From NCBI GenBank assembly GCA_038087875.1, contig JAXLNO010000709.1, positions 124,001 through 188,000 on the forward strand: a stretch of 64,000 nucleotides of DNA, written 5' to 3'. Origin of the DNA: Malacoraja senta. Lineage: Eukaryota. Both the position numbers and the translations under genes were made by a program. Positions 1 to 12,869 of the stretch are shown piece by piece (within the stretch, counting starts at the first letter, position 1; every line of letters starts with the position of its first letter). The notes under the pieces were generated by a model. It saw only the letters and a program-made list of their open reading frames with translations, made no database searches and was not told where the DNA came from.

Positions 1-232
1 TCAAATTTTAGTGTTAGAGGTATGTAGTTTAAAAAATGACAATGCTTTTTCCATTCTTTTAATTATTGTTTAGTGTGATACATTCAACACAGCAAGGCCA
101 GCTTCCGGAAACTTGATAATTGGTAGGTACATGCTAGAACTGAATGTTTACATATATCAACTGTTATTTCCACTCTCACTGGTGGAAGTGCCCTAATTAA
201 AACATTAACAAGTTAGGCTTGCCATCTGAAGA

Positions 233-1112
233 GCAGTAGAGTTGCTGCCTTACAGCGCTTGCAGTGCCAGGGACCCAGGTTCGATCCCGACTACAGGTGC
301 TGTCTGTACGGAATTTGTATGTTCTCCCCCTGACTGCGTGGGTTTTCTCCGAGTTCTTCGGTTTCCTCCCATAATCCAAAGACGTACAGGTTTGTAGGTT
401 AATCGGCTTGGTACAAATGTAAATTGTCCCTAGTAAGACAATAGACAATCGGTGCAGGAGTAGGCCATTCGGCCATTCAATGTGATCATGGCTGATCATC
501 CACAATCAGTACTCCGTTCCTGCCTTCTCCCCATATCCCCTGACTCCACTATCTCTAAGAGCCCTATCTAGCTCTCTCTTGAAAGTATCCAGAGAACCGG
601 CCTCCACTGCCCTCTGAGGCAGGGAATTCCACAGACTCACAACTCTCTGTGTGAAAAAGTGTTTCCTCATCTCTGTTCTAAATGGCTTGCCCCTTATTCT
701 TAAACTGTTGCCCCTGGTTCTGGACTCCCCCAACATCGGGAACATGTTTCCTGCCTCTAGCGTGTCCAAACCCTTAATAATCTTATATGTTTCAATAAAA
801 TCCCCTCTCATCCTAAATTCCAGAGTATACAAGCCCAGCCGCTCCATTCTCTCAGCATATGACAGTCCTGCCATCCCAGGAATTAACCTTGTGAACCTAC
901 ACTGCACTACCTCAATAGCAAGAATGTCCTTCCACAAATTTGGAGACCAAAACTGCACACAATACTCCAGGAGAGGTCTCATTAGTGCCCTGTACAACTG
1001 CAGAATAACTCTTTGCTCCTATACTCAACTCCTCTTGTTATGAATAGTGTTAGTGTGCGGGGTATCGCTGGTCGGTGCAGACTCGGAGGGCCATGCTGTA
1101 TCTCTAAAACAA
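233..1112 (+). mobile_element. HE1/V-SINE-like tRNA-derived SINE split by a CR1 insertion (233-433 and 1043-1112)
   Basis: GTAGAGTTGCTGCC...GGTTCGATCCC (B-box-like), then the core TTCTCCCC.TGAC.GCGTGGGTTTTCTCC...GGTTTCCTCCCA. The tail resumes at 1043 and ends GCTGTATCTCTAAA. Confidence 0.85.
435..1042 (-). mobile_element. CR1 LINE 3' fragment (ORF2 C-terminus and 3' tail)
   Basis: ORF 506-997 contains YRALMRPLLEYCVQFWSP...RGDFIETYKIIKG...FFTQRVVSLWNSLP; (CTATTGT)n tail at about 435-450. Confidence 0.93.
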
Positions 1113-1497
1113 AAACGTAAGCTTTTTATAATAATGCTTCAGTGGGGTCATTTATTTATTTCCTGCGCATTTAGTGTAGCTTTCTCTGATCAATAAATGT
1201 TATTTTCAATTCCTTCAATTGCTTTTCAAAAGCATCTCATTCTTTTGAGGATAGTGTTTTGAGGGGAAAAATTATTTCGGTCTTGAAGTTTTGACTAATC
1301 ATATATTTTTTTAACATTTCTGTTTCTTTGATTGAGGCCCATTGCCTTGTTTGTTTCAGGGAAGTCATTAACAATGCTTCTGAGCATCTACAAATGCAAG
1401 TGTCATCTACACATTGCAAATCAATTACTGACATTTGCGAAATCATGCATCTAGAGGCGTTACCTTAAAAAGATGGAACATCTTCCCATTAATTTAA

Positions 1498-1740
1498 TTT
1501 TCACCCACAGTTGTGAATCTGTGGAATTCTCTGCCACAGAAGGGAGTGGAGGCCAATTCACTGGATGTTTTCAAGAGAGTTAGATTTAGCTCTCAGGGCT
1601 AATGTAATCAAGGGATATGGGGAAAAAGCAGGAACGGGGTACTGATTTTGGAGTATCAGCCATGATCATATTGAATGGCAGTGCTGGCTCGAAGGGCCGA
1701 ATGGCCTACTCCTGCACCTCTTTTCTATATTTCTATGTTT
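1498..1740 (+). mobile_element. CR1 LINE 3' end fragment
   Basis: GTTGTGAATCTGTGGAATTCTCTGCCACAG...GGGCCGAATGGCCTACTCCTGCACCT...TTCTATGTTT, the same family as the other CR1 tails here. Confidence 0.85.
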
Positions 1741-2849
1741 AATTCTGTAGATTAGCCCCAGTCTCGCAGAAAGCTAGTTGAAAGTTAGGTGTAAATTGCC
1801 TAAGGCAGATTGAGAAAAGTGTCAGGATAATGTAATGACAAAGCTTTGTTTGATATTGTCTTTAATTGAAGTTCATTGTCTTGTTTATTCCTCTGAAGTA
1901 CACGAGACAGTGGGCTCAGTCATAGAATATTGAACCTTGAACAATACAGCACAGCAATGTGCCCTTCCACCAACAATGTCTGTGCCAAAAATGATGTCTG
2001 GTACATCTTCTTTTAACTTCCCCCTCTGATCTTAAAGCTATGCCCTCTTGTCTTTCACATTTTCACCCTGGGGAAAAAAGATTCTGACAGTCTACCTTGT
2101 GTACCTCTCATGACTTTATAAACCTCTAACGCTTCAGAGAACAAAATCTAAGTTTGTCCAACCTTTTCTTTTTGTTAATACCCTCTAATCCAGACAGCAT
2201 CCTGTTAAGTGTTAACTGAACACTAGAACTTTTGTCTTCCGAACACTTCTCTCAGGAAGTGGTAACATTGAGATGCTTTTGGGAAACAGTTGAAAGAAAA
2301 TGTTTTGAAAATTATCAAAGCGTGTGATATTTTAAAAGTTGGGAATAAAAGAAATGGTGTGATCTGCTGATGCCAATAATATTATACGATACGGTACGAT
2401 GTGATACGATAGAACTTTATTTATCCCAGGAGAGAAATTGATCTGCCAACAGTCATAAAACACAAATTAAAGTGACGAGTAGAAAGGATTGGGGATGTGC
2501 AAAAATTCGGGGGCTGGGGGAGAAGGGGAGGGGGGAGTCAGTCTACTCATGTCTTGCTAACCAGAATCTGACCTATTTATGCTCATTGTGTGTTCCTGTT
2601 AATCATCCTTCTATCAAGGACAATATATTGCTTTCTACATCATACGCTTTTATTTTCTGTAACAACCGGTGATGTGGCACATTATCAAATGCCTTCTGGA
2701 AATCTAAGTGTACTACATCTTTGGCTCGAAGGGCCGAATGGCCTGCTCCTGCACCTGTTTTCTATGTTTCTATCTACAGCACATATCACTTTTTAATTTA
2801 ACAAAGCAAAAAGAGTTTTTAGCCTGGTAGTTTACTTCTTCAAACTTCC

Positions 2850-3020
2850 TGAGGTCATCTGTTCCCGGCCCTATTTTGTTCTGGCCTTCTCTATCTTACA
2901 GTCTGAAGAAGGGTTCCGAGCCGAAATCCTTTTCTCCAGAGATGCTGCCTGACCCACTGCGTTACTCCAGCATTTTGTGTCTTTCTTGGGTATAAACCAG
3001 CATCTGCAGTTCCTTCCTAT
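2850..3020 (+). mobile_element. Penelope terminal-repeat (pLTR)-like fragment
   Basis: CAGTCTGAAGAAGGGTTCCGAGCCGAAA...GATGCTGCCTGACCC...TTACTCCAGCATTTTGTGTC...CAGCATCTGCAGTTCCTTCCTA. Related sequence follows the Penelope ORF ends at about 13200 and 59690. Confidence 0.75.
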
Positions 3021-3537
3021 ATTTCCTGGCTTAAATTATTTGGTCACGTATTGTTTTTTCATCATGCAAATATTGCAAAATTTATAAATTTGAATTTGGT
3101 ATTTCAGCCTCTACTTTAATCTCTGTGTAATTTCTAAGTTTTGTCTAGAAGACCGAGTAATAACATTTAAAAAAGTGAATTTTAAGCTGTTTCTTGTTTC
3201 TGATTATGTTGTCTGTGAGAATTCATTAGTGTATTATGTTGCTCAGCCAGTTTGTCATCACAGCTGTTGGCACGAGGGATCCTTTTGATCTAACACCTGA
3301 CAGCAACAGGCGTCGGAAAAGGGAAATTTGTGTCGGGGAGTTCACTACATCCGTGTGGAGAAGATTCTTTTGAGGTCAACTAAACATGCTATCATTTTGC
3401 CCCATCCACAAATTCTGTTATTATTTAGAAGGTTTCAAAGCAGGGTAGGTGGGGGGAGGGGAAGGTTGTTATATCGGAGCTTTAAGCTGCTTCCATATGA
3501 CAAGTGTCCAGACTAATAACTAAACCAGAGTATGGTA

Positions 3538-3632
3538 GATAGATACATAAAGCTGGAGTAACTCAGCAGGACAGGCAGTATCTCTGGAGAGAAGGAATGG
3601 GTGATGTTTTGGGTCGAGACCCTTCTTCAGAC
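3538..3632 (-). mobile_element. Short Penelope pLTR-derived element
   Basis: Reverse complement of the recurrent CTGAAGAAGGGTCTCGACCC...AGAGATGCTGCC...GAGTTACTCCAGC unit. Confidence 0.75.
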
Positions 3633-3929
3633 GTATGGTGGGATGGAAGCAATTAGGAAGCAATTTGTGTGTCTTCCAAATGAGCCAGTTGATGCTGTGT
3701 GATGGGATTGTTGCTGATATGCAGCAATGCAATACAAGTGACACCCAGAATGGACGCCTTGGTCGTCTGGCTATGCACAACTTCCATGGTCCTTGTCATC
3801 TCCTGCATTTAGCTGGGCAGGGCTTACTTGCTAAGCATCTCCTTGTGCATCCATACCAGCCTTGTCATAAAAGCATCCCAATCATGGTCCTCATCTGAAT
3901 CCTCTGATGTTAGCAATTTGTTTATGTTC

Positions 3930-4470
3930 ATAAGTGATAAGAGAAGAATTAGGCCATTCGGTCCATCAAGTCTATGCTGCCATTCAATAGACAATAGGTG
4001 CAGGAGTAGGCCATTTGGCCCTTCGAGCCAGCACCGCCATTCAATGTGATCATGGCTGATCATCCCCAATCAGTACCCCGTTCCTGCCTTCTCCCCATAT
4101 CCCCTGACTCCGCTATTTTTAAGAGCCCTATCTAGCTCTCTCTTGAAAGCATCCAGAGAAACTGCCTCCACCGCCCTCTGAGGCAGATAATTCCACAGAC
4201 ACCACTCTCTGTGAGAAAAAGTGTTTCCTCGTCTCCGTTCTAAATGGCTTACTCCTTATTCTTAAACTGTGGCCCCTGGTTCTGGACTCCCCCAACATCG
4301 GGAACATGTTTCCTGCCTCTAGCGTGTCCAAGCCCTTAACAATCTTATATGTTTCAATGAGATATCCTCTCATCCTTCTCAACTCCAGAGTGTTTCAATC
4401 ATGGCTGATCTATTTTTCCCCTCTTAACCCCATTCTCCTGCCTTCTCCCCATAATCCCTGACACCCATAC
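3930..4470 (-). mobile_element. Nested CR1 3' fragments (a copy at about 3986-4392 inside another CR1 tail)
   Basis: ORF 4128-4382 reads RGYLIETYKIVKGLDTLEAGNMFP. The outer tail breaks at CATTCAAT (about 3988) and resumes at TTCAATCATGGCTGATC (about 4394). Confidence 0.85.
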
Positions 4471-4668
4471 TATGTTTGTGTGTGTGTGTGTGTCTGGGTG
4501 CGGACAGTGGGAAATCGGATTGAATGCAGTATCTCTAGTTCCTGAACTCGGCTTGACATTTGCTGAGATTGTGAATTGTTTTCTTTTGGCATTTTCTTAT
4601 GGGTACAGGGATACTCTCTCCTGAAAAGAACTGTTGTAGCCATCTCATAACATGCTCGTTGTACTGCG

Positions 4669-4766
4669 GATAGACACAAAAAGCTGGAGTAACTCAGCGG
4701 GACAGGCAGCATCTCTGGAGCGAAGGAATGGGTGACGTTTTGGGTCGAAACCCTTCTTCAGGCTGA
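4669..4766 (-). mobile_element. Short Penelope pLTR-derived element
   Basis: GATAGACACAAAAAGCTGGAGTAACTCAGCGGGACAGGCAGCATCTCTGGAG...GGTGACGTTTTGGGTCGAAACCCTTCTTCAG. Confidence 0.78.
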
Positions 4767-5284
4767 ACTGTAGTGCTGGTTGGTCTTCCAGTCCCTCTCC
4801 TAGCCTTTATCTTATTCTCCAGGACTTCATTGTCCTTCTGGAATGAAACACTGAGCATTATCCCTTGGCTAAGGTGGTGTTTCTGCTTTAAGGGCTGACA
4901 CCCTTTTTTTGATAAGTTGCACAGTTACATGTTTCCAGCTGTGCTGAATTGGGTGAGTTCCACTCAAGAACCATCCAGCTTCCAATTGTGCACAAGATTC
5001 TGGCGATAAGCTACCATACCACAATTTTTAACACCTTTGTGGCCAGTTTTATGATTTTTCAGATGTGTTAGCACTGTAAGCACAACTAGGTTTGTATACC
5101 CAAAATAGGATGAAATCCACTTTGATGAAAATGAAATCACAAAAAATATTAAGAAACAAGGGACATTTAAAATGCATTCATTCATGTGTTTTGGGCATCA
5201 CAGTCACAGTCAAAGTCCGTCTTGAGAAGGTGGCAACAAGCCATTTTTGAGAAAATTTGCAGGCTTAACAAAGATAATAACAAT

Positions 5285-5570
5285 ATAAAACCTCTCGCTC
5301 AATGTCAACAAGACAAAGGAGGTAGTTATTGACTTCAGGTGGTGTACATGCCCCATTCTGCATCATTGGTGCTGAAGTGGAGATGGTAGAGAGCTTCAAG
5401 TTCCTAGGCCTAAATATCACCAACAAATTGTCCTGGGCCAACCACATTGGAAGCTACCGCCAAGAAAATACAGCAATGCCTCTATTTCCTCCGATGACTA
5501 AGGAAGTTCAGCATGCCTCAGTGACTCTTATCAACTTCCATAGATGCACGGTAGAAAGCATCCTATTTGT
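5285..5570 (+). mobile_element. Degenerate Rex1/Babar-type LINE RT C-terminal fragment
   Basis: LNVNKTKEVVIDF...VEMVESFKFLGLNITNKLSWANH...FHRCTVESIL across frameshifts; parallels the copy at 38860-39150. Confidence 0.75.
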
Positions 5571-6782
5571 CAACAATTTTATGAGTGTCAAAATAATATC
5601 CTTGCTTTGACCTCTATGCATCAGCTTTTGAAGTCCAGGATCATGTATACTTTATATGTTTCAAAGATTAATGTACCCCCCTGCACACTTTTTACAAAAA
5701 TGATATTTACCCTATATTTCCCCTCTGGGTTCTTTATCCCAACATATATCACCATGCATTTCTAGTTTAAGAGGTGTCATAGGTTATGGGGAGAAGGCCG
5801 GAGAATGGGGTTAGGAGGGAGAGATAGATCAGACATGATTGAATGGCGTAGACTTGATGGGCCGAATGGCCTAATTCTACTCTCTCTTATGATCTTTTGA
5901 TCTTATGAATTTTAGCTGCAATTTATCTTTCCATTCGCAGCAAATCTATCTCTTCCTGAATCCAATTATAATCTTGACCATATATTCACCACACCTTCAA
6001 ACTTAATGCCGCCTATAAATTATGAAATGTAACCATGCTCCAGCCAAGTCATTGTCTGTATCACTGGCACCTGGAGAACAACATACCCTCCTGCTGCATG
6101 ATAAACAAATGGACCGCACACGAGGCATAGATCATAGATCAAAGTTGAAGAGGCTTTGTTGAATTGCTGTAAAATTCCTGTCTTGGCTTGAATGTACGCT
6201 ACCAATGAATCATTTCCTATATATTTTACTTGAATTCCAAGTGAATCAGAACACAATCTCGAGAAGGATATAGATGTCTACTTGTCTTAAATATGGCTAG
6301 GAGGGAATGTCTATTTGCCTTGAAGATGTCGACAACACTAAATAGAAATGCCTCTGATCTTGGTGCACTGCTGCATTCGGCAATAGGAAGAGGTAAATAG
6401 TTATTAACAGTCACCTTGACAGCTGTCATCCAGCAATGATGATGCTGATGAGCAAGTATTTCACATTAAAATTGATCTCTGTTTTGTCCTCACTGCAATG
6501 CACTCTTTTTAAATGAACACTTAATGATTACAAGTTTTTTTTTAACTTGACACTAAGGTCAAGTTTTAGTGTCAAGAGAACCTGTAATCTGAATTGCATT
6601 TAATCTTCTGTGCAACATATTGGTGAAACACGGCATCTTGGTTGCTTGATTGTTGAGGGTACTTGTTCTGTAGTAATGGTTTGGCCATCATCTTGGGTTG
6701 GTCTGTTGGTCTTTAACCATATCAACCATTTAACTTTGCCAGTTATATGGTAAAGTGAATGCCACATGAAATCATGATAGCT

Positions 6783-7365
6783 AATAACTGGAAAAAAGTT
6801 AATCCTAAAATTCTGGAAAAACGCTCCAATACCAACTATAAACATGTGGATTTCAAATATGTTTGAAACATTACACCTAGAAGAGATAAGACTCCTCCTG
6901 GCAGGTAAACCAGATCACTTCCACCTGACGTGGTCTGCATTTATAGAATTATTACAAGTATAGGGTGCAAAAGTACTTTAAAAAAAAACTGAGGTCAGGT
7001 AAAGGGGGATGAAAGCTGGAGAGTTGGTATATCCCATTTGCGTGATGCTTATAATAAAGTATTTGTTTTTCTCTTTTTTCCTCTTTCTCTTTTTTTTTCT
7101 TCTTTAGGGTCTATCTCTTAATCCTTTCTTTTTAATTTCTTTTCTACAGGGTCTCTGTTCTTTCTTGTTGTCACGTTTTTACACCTTCACTATTTTCTTT
7201 CACTTTCTCTTTTTTCTTAATCTCAACCTTTCCTTTTTATCAGTGTAAAAAATGACGGAGTACATTAATTGTAATAAGATATACGTGATGAGTACTAATG
7301 TAATTGGTTGTAATGTAATGTACTCCTAATAAATAAATTAAAAAAAAAAAAAAGAAGAAAATAAA
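6783..7365 (+). mobile_element. 5'-truncated L1-clade LINE with poly(A) tail and 15-bp TSD
   Basis: GAAATCATGATAGCT at 6768-6782 and 7366-7380. Open frame ITGKKLILKFWKNAPIPTINMWISNMFETLHLEEIRLLLAGKPDHFHLTWSAFIELLQV* (stop 6961-6963) resembles fish L1 ORF2 C-termini. T-rich 3'UTR, AATAAA and an A-tail follow. Confidence 0.85.
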
Positions 7366-7935
7366 GAAATCATGATAGCTGCTGGTCTCTGGCTTTGTGA
7401 CGTACCTCTGGACGTCATGGTTCTTCTGCACAAGCTCCCCCAGAGACAAAAATGGCATCACTTATGAAAACATTCGCATTCTCAAAAACACAGAGTAATT
7501 GATTAGAAAAATAAAGACTTATAATGTTTTCCAGACCAGCTGTTTTTGTGAACAATTGTGTCTCTGTATTATAACAGTGCTTAATTTTAGCAGTGTTCTT
7601 GAGTATTGCCAATTTCTTTTGCTCTATGAAAGTGTTTATGGATTGTGTTACTTCCTGTTAAAGGGTTAGGTAATGTATTTCTGTAGGGTTTAAAACCAAT
7701 GTTTGCACATTTTATAATTCATCTATTAAGGTTGTAACAATTAACTAAAGATTTTCATTGGTGGGCCACAGGTTTTGTTCCATGATTTGGTTCCACATCT
7801 CTCTTGCAGTTTGGAGGAGATGTGAGAAAGCCAGATACAGTCCCACAGGAAATGGAGGCAAAACCAGAAAGCAAATCATTGCCAGCTTATTAACTTAATT
7901 GGAAGAAAACCATGAGTGATTTGATTTCCTGCATA

Positions 7936-9555
7936 CAGTGCCCTCCATAATGTTTGTGACAAAGACCCGTCATTTATTTATTTGCCTCTCTACTCTGCAA
8001 TTTGAGATTTGTAATAGAAAAAATCACATGTGGTTAAAGTGCACATTGTCTGATTTTAATAAAGGCCATTTTTATAATTTGGGTTTCACCATGTAGAGAT
8101 TACAGCAGTGTTATTACATACCCCCTATTTCAGGGCACCATAATGTTTGGGACACAGCAATGTCATGTAAATGAAAGTAGTCTTGTTTAGTATTTTGTTG
8201 CATATCCTTTGCATGCAATGACTGCTTGAAGTCTGCGATTCATGGACATCACCAGTTCTCTGGTGATGCTCTGCCAGGCCAGTATTGCAGCCATCTTCAG
8301 CTTATGCTTGTTTTGGGGGCTAGTATCCTTCAGTTTTCTCTTCAGCATATAAAAGACATGCTCAATTGAGTTCAGATCGGGTGATTGACTTGGTCACTCA
8401 AGAATTGACCATTTTTTAGCTTTGAAAAACTCCTTTGTTGCTTTAGCAGTATGTTTGGGATCATTGTCTTGCTGTAGAATGAACTGCCGGCCAATGAGTT
8501 TTGAGGCATTTGTTTGAACTTGAGCAGATAGGATGTGTCTATACACTTCAGAATTCATTATGCTGCTACCATCAGCAGTTGTATCATCAATGAAGATAAG
8601 TGAGCCAGTACCTTCAGCAGCCATACATGCCCAGGCCATAACATCCCCACCACCATGTTTCACAGATGAGGTGGTATGCTTTGGATCTTGGACAGTTCCT
8701 TCTCTCCTCCATACTTTGCTCTTGCCATCACTCTGATATAAGTTAATCTTCATCTCATCTGTCCACAAGACCTTTTTCCAGAACTGTGGTTGCTCTTTTA
8801 AGTACTTCTTGGCAAACTAACCCGGCCATCCTATTTTTGCGGCTAACCAGTGGTTTGCATCTTGCAGTGTAGCCTCTGTATTTCTATTCATGAAGTCTTC
8901 TGCGGACAGTGGTCCTTGACAAATCCACACCTGACTCCTGAAGAGTGTTTCTGATCTGTTGGACAGGTGTTTGGGGATTTTTCTTTATTATAGAGAGAAT
9001 TCTTCTGTCATCAGCTGTGGAGGTCTTCCTTGGCCTGCCAGTCCCTTTGCGATTAGTAAGTTCACCAGTGCTCTCTTTCTTCTTAATGATGTTCCAAACA
9101 GTTGATTTTGGTAAGCCTAAGGTTTGGAACAGTTTTATTCTTGTTTCTCACTCATAATGGCTTCTTTGACTTTCATTGGCACAACTTTGGTCCTCATGGT
9201 GATAAACAGCAATAAAAGTTTCCAAAGGTGATGGAAAGACTGGAGGAAAGACTAGGTGCTGAGAGCTCTCTTATACCTGCATTAAGGAGGCAATTAAACA
9301 CACCTGAGCAAGTACAAACGCCTGTGAAGCCATGTATCCCAAACATTATGGTGCCTGAAATAGGGGGACCATGTATAAACAGAGCTGTAATTTGTACACG
9401 GTGAAACCAAAATGTATTAAAATGGCCTTTAATAAAATCTGACAATGTGCTCTTTAACCACATGTGATTTTTTCTATTACTAATCTCAAATTGTGGAGTA
9501 CAGAGGCAAATAAATAAATGATGGGTCTTTGTCCCAAACATTATGAAGGGCACTG
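7936..9555 (-). mobile_element. Full-length, decayed Tc1-family DNA transposon (1620 bp)
   Basis: TA|CAGTGCCCTCCATAATGTTTG ... CAAACATTATGAAGGGCACTG|TA. Inverted repeats of about 220 bp with an internal repeat of the CATAATGTTTGGGAC motif (IR/DR type). Confidence 0.95.
8187..9197 (-). pseudogene. Disrupted Tc1 DD34E transposase
   Basis: Starts MRTKVVPMKVKEAIM; contains WTDEMK, VKHGGGDVMAW and QQDNDPKH...E*PSQSPDLNSIE (34 residues between D and E, W codon changed to TGA); ends RLQAVIACKGYATKY*. Frameshifts and deletions are present. Confidence 0.92.
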
Positions 9556-9654
9556 TAGTCAGGCAGGGAATAATCTGTTGAAAAAGGAACAAAAGGGGGT
9601 GCTGGGGGAGAGTAAAATTTAAAATGAAGCAGCAAATTTTTGCATGTACTGATA

Positions 9655-9860
9655 ATAGATACATAGATACATAGAAAATAGGTGCAGGAGTAGGCCATTC
9701 GGCCCTTCGAGCCTGCACCGCCATTCAATATGATCATGGCTGATCATCCAACTCAGTATCCCGTACCTGCCTTCTCTCCATACCCCCTGATCCCTTTAGC
9801 CACAAGGGCCACATCTAACTCCCTCTTAAATATAGCCAATGAACTGGCCTCAACTACCCT
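9655..9860 (-). mobile_element. CR1 LINE 3' tail
   Basis: (ACATAGAT)n tail followed by AATAGGTGCAGGAGTAGGCCATTCGGCCC... Confidence 0.85.
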
Positions 9861-9934
9861 GAGATAAATGCTTTTGTTTTGTCAAACCATGATGAATATA
9901 ACGATATTTATCAACACCACGTCCCATGGTTTAT

Positions 9935-10180
9935 GGCTTACCATAGCAGCTGGGAATTTAAATTTGAGTAACTAAATAAATCTGGTATAAAGCTGGTATC
10001 TGTAATAGTGACCATGAAACCATTAGATTGTTTTAAAGAACCACCTGCTTCCCAAATGCTTTTCAGTGGAGAAATCTGTCATCCTTACCCAGTATGGGCC
10101 TTTAAATGACTCCAGACCCATATGCACAGTTCACACAGAATGGGACAGCAAATGGTCACATCCCTTGAATGAATAAATAG
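9935..10180 (+). repeat. Old SINE-like interspersed repeat; a degenerate relative may lie at about 32520-32710
   Basis: GCAGCTGGGAATTTAAATT...AATAAATCTGG...GTGACCATGAAAC...ATCTGTCATCCTTACCCAGT...GACTCCAGACCC...CACATCCCTTGAATGAATAAA; recognised from memory as a common elasmobranch repeat. Confidence 0.5.
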
Positions 10181-10617
10181 AAAAAATGTCGTGATGAATT
10201 TGAGACCTTTTAATTTTCTTCAACAGAAAAGCTCCACAGAAACCATGCTGAAGCAGTTTTGTTTATAATACCCTGGTTGATAAAGTAGGATCACATGCAA
10301 CTGTCAGGTACAATGATGTGATGTTAGCCTTAAATCCCTTGTGAGCTCTGCACTCAATTTCTTTTGCAAATGAATTTGTCACTCACCATCATTTTATTAG
10401 AACAAACGTGGATGCAGACAGTGCAGATACCATTAAAGAACACAGAAAAATTGTGTTCCTATCTCTTAAGTTCTATCCATATATTCTCACCAGTTCTATC
10501 CATATAACCCATCTTCCCCTGTTATTGGTGCTGCATAATACATCACGTGACCCGTAATCACGTGATGTGGACAAGGAGCATTTGTGACTGCACTGAGAAG
10601 CTCAAATCCACAAATTA

Positions 10618-10862
10618 GAGTCAAGGAGAGTTTTCTTGTCATATGTCCCATTTAGAACAATGAAATTTATACTTGCAGCAGCACAACAGAATATGTAATC
10701 ATAGTACACAGTAAACAATATAATAAATGAGAAAAAAAAGTTCAGTGTGTGTGTATACACACGCACACACATACATACACATAAAAAACAAACAAACAAT
10801 AATAGTGTAATAATATCAATGATAGTCTATGTAGTTCAGAGCTTATTTGAGGTTGTAGTGTT
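10618..10862 (-). repeat. Rex1/L2-type 3'UTR repeat; a second copy lies on + at about 55420-55612
   Basis: Its reverse complement matches 55470-55610 (CACACTGAACTTTTTTT...TATTCTGTTGTGCTGC.GCAAGTA). Confidence 0.7.
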
Positions 10863-11804
10863 GTTATTCATTGGGAGCACAAAGAAGATCAGTGCAAATA
10901 TTGGAAGGACATTGCTCCACACAAACTTGCACAACTGCCTATCCCATCAGGAATTGCCCTCTCTATCAATACAAGAGACTGTGGTTTTCTCATTGGCTTC
11001 ATCAGTCACAATAGATTCAGAGTGGAAACAAGTTATCTTCAATTGAACCTGATGAATCTCTTAAGAGGGCAGAGAATAAACCAATCAATTTACTGTCTTC
11101 AAAGTATGAATTAGAGAGATGTATGTACTGGAATCTATATGCAGCCTGTGCACATAGGTAGATATGAAATGTATTACAAATTATTGCAGCAAAACCTGTC
11201 TGTCTGCAGAGTTTAGCCGCAAGTGTAAGGTGGTGGATTTAAAACAATATGATGGTGGTGGTGGTGGAAAAGTGTATGTAATGCCAACAGCATGTTTACA
11301 TAACACCTTTCATTACTTCAGGTCATGTCAAAGCTATTTGGAGCCAGTTAAATGTTCTTAAAGTGTGGTCACTGAGGTATTGCAGGAACTAATTAACCAT
11401 AAAACTTAGCATGTTCTTAGATTGGAATGCCATTGTGCCTCGAAGGGGGGAAGAAACACAGCTCCACAGTCACCTGAAGACCGAGGTCCAACAAAAAATA
11501 TTTCTCGTCACCTAAAACACAGATGGCGGGTGGAAAGAGGACAGGAGATTAGGGGAAAGCATATAGTTTGTTTGCCCTCATTGTTGGAGAATTTGAGCAC
11601 AGAAGCAATGATGTCTTGCTGCAGATGTGCAGGACCTTGTTGAGATGCTATCAAGAGTTCGATGTGTAGTTCTGGCATCCTCAGCTGAGAATGGATGATC
11701 TTGCCATTGGGGGAGTACCAAGGAAGTTTGCTAATCAGATTCTTGGGCTGACATATCAGAAGAAATTAAATGGATTGTTTGGGCGATATTTACTGGAGTT
11801 TAGA

Positions 11805-12410
11805 ATTTGTTTGCAGTCTTGGATGTTGTTCCCAAACCAGGCTGTGATGCATCCAGATAAAATGCTTTCTACTGTGCATCTGTAGCAGTTAGGTGAGAGT
11901 TGTTGAGGACATGCCGAACCTCTCATGCCTTTAAAGGAAGTAGATTCTTATTCAGGACAAATTGCTATTGATATTTATTCCCAGCAACTTGAAGGTTTTG
12001 ACCATCTCTGTTTTGGTAACATCAATGTAGGCTGGGGTGTGTGTACTGCTTCAGTTCCTGAAGTCAATTACAATTTGCTTTGTCTTGTTGACATTGATGA
12101 CTAGGTTGTTGTCTTGGCACCAGGTTACGAGGTTCTCAATCTCCTTCCTGTACTCTGTCTCGTTATTATTTGATATCCAGCCCACTATGATGGTGTAAAT
12201 GCAAACCTGTAAATTGAGTTAGGCTGCCCAATCATGAGTGTGTAAAGAGTGCAGTAAGGGGCTGAGAATGCACTGTGGGGCACAGTGTGTTGAGGATCAT
12301 CGTAGAGGATGATTTGTCACCTATCCTCACTGATTGCAGTCTGTTGGTTTGGAAGCCATTTGCAGAAAGGGGTGCTGACTACAAGTTTACCGAGTTTGGA
12401 GATGAGCACT
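11805..12410 (-). mobile_element. Degenerate Rex1/Babar-type LINE RT fragment
   Basis: Minus strand gives remnants of SPLLHSL.TH, NVNKTKQIVIDFR, FKLLG.NI and TVESILSGCITAWFGN. Confidence 0.7.
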
Positions 12411-12869
12411 GGTTTCATCCCACATCCCAAAGACATGCTGGGTTGTCGCTAAATGGCCTCTGTAAACTGCCCCGAATACGTAGGAATTGGAAGCAATAGT
12501 GGGATAATATAGAATGAGTGTGAACAAGTGATCGATGGTCGACATGGACTAGGTAGGCCAAAGGTCCTGTTTCCATGCTGCATCTTTCAATCAATCTATT
12601 CATTCAATCAATATGATAAACTATCAGTTATTCTAAGTCTCTCAGACTATGATAGTGTAAAATGTAAAGGATGTAGAGCAACCATAATAGTGCAAATTCC
12701 ATAGTGATTCAGTACTGAGATAGGGTTGTGGAAATTAGTCACCACTGATCCTGAGGAACTCTCCAATCAGAAGAATAATTGGAAATTGAATAAGCAATTT
12801 GAACTCGGCTCGCTTTTCCAAATGCCAATATAATGCATATTAGATACTAGCTACCTGCCCGATACCTCC

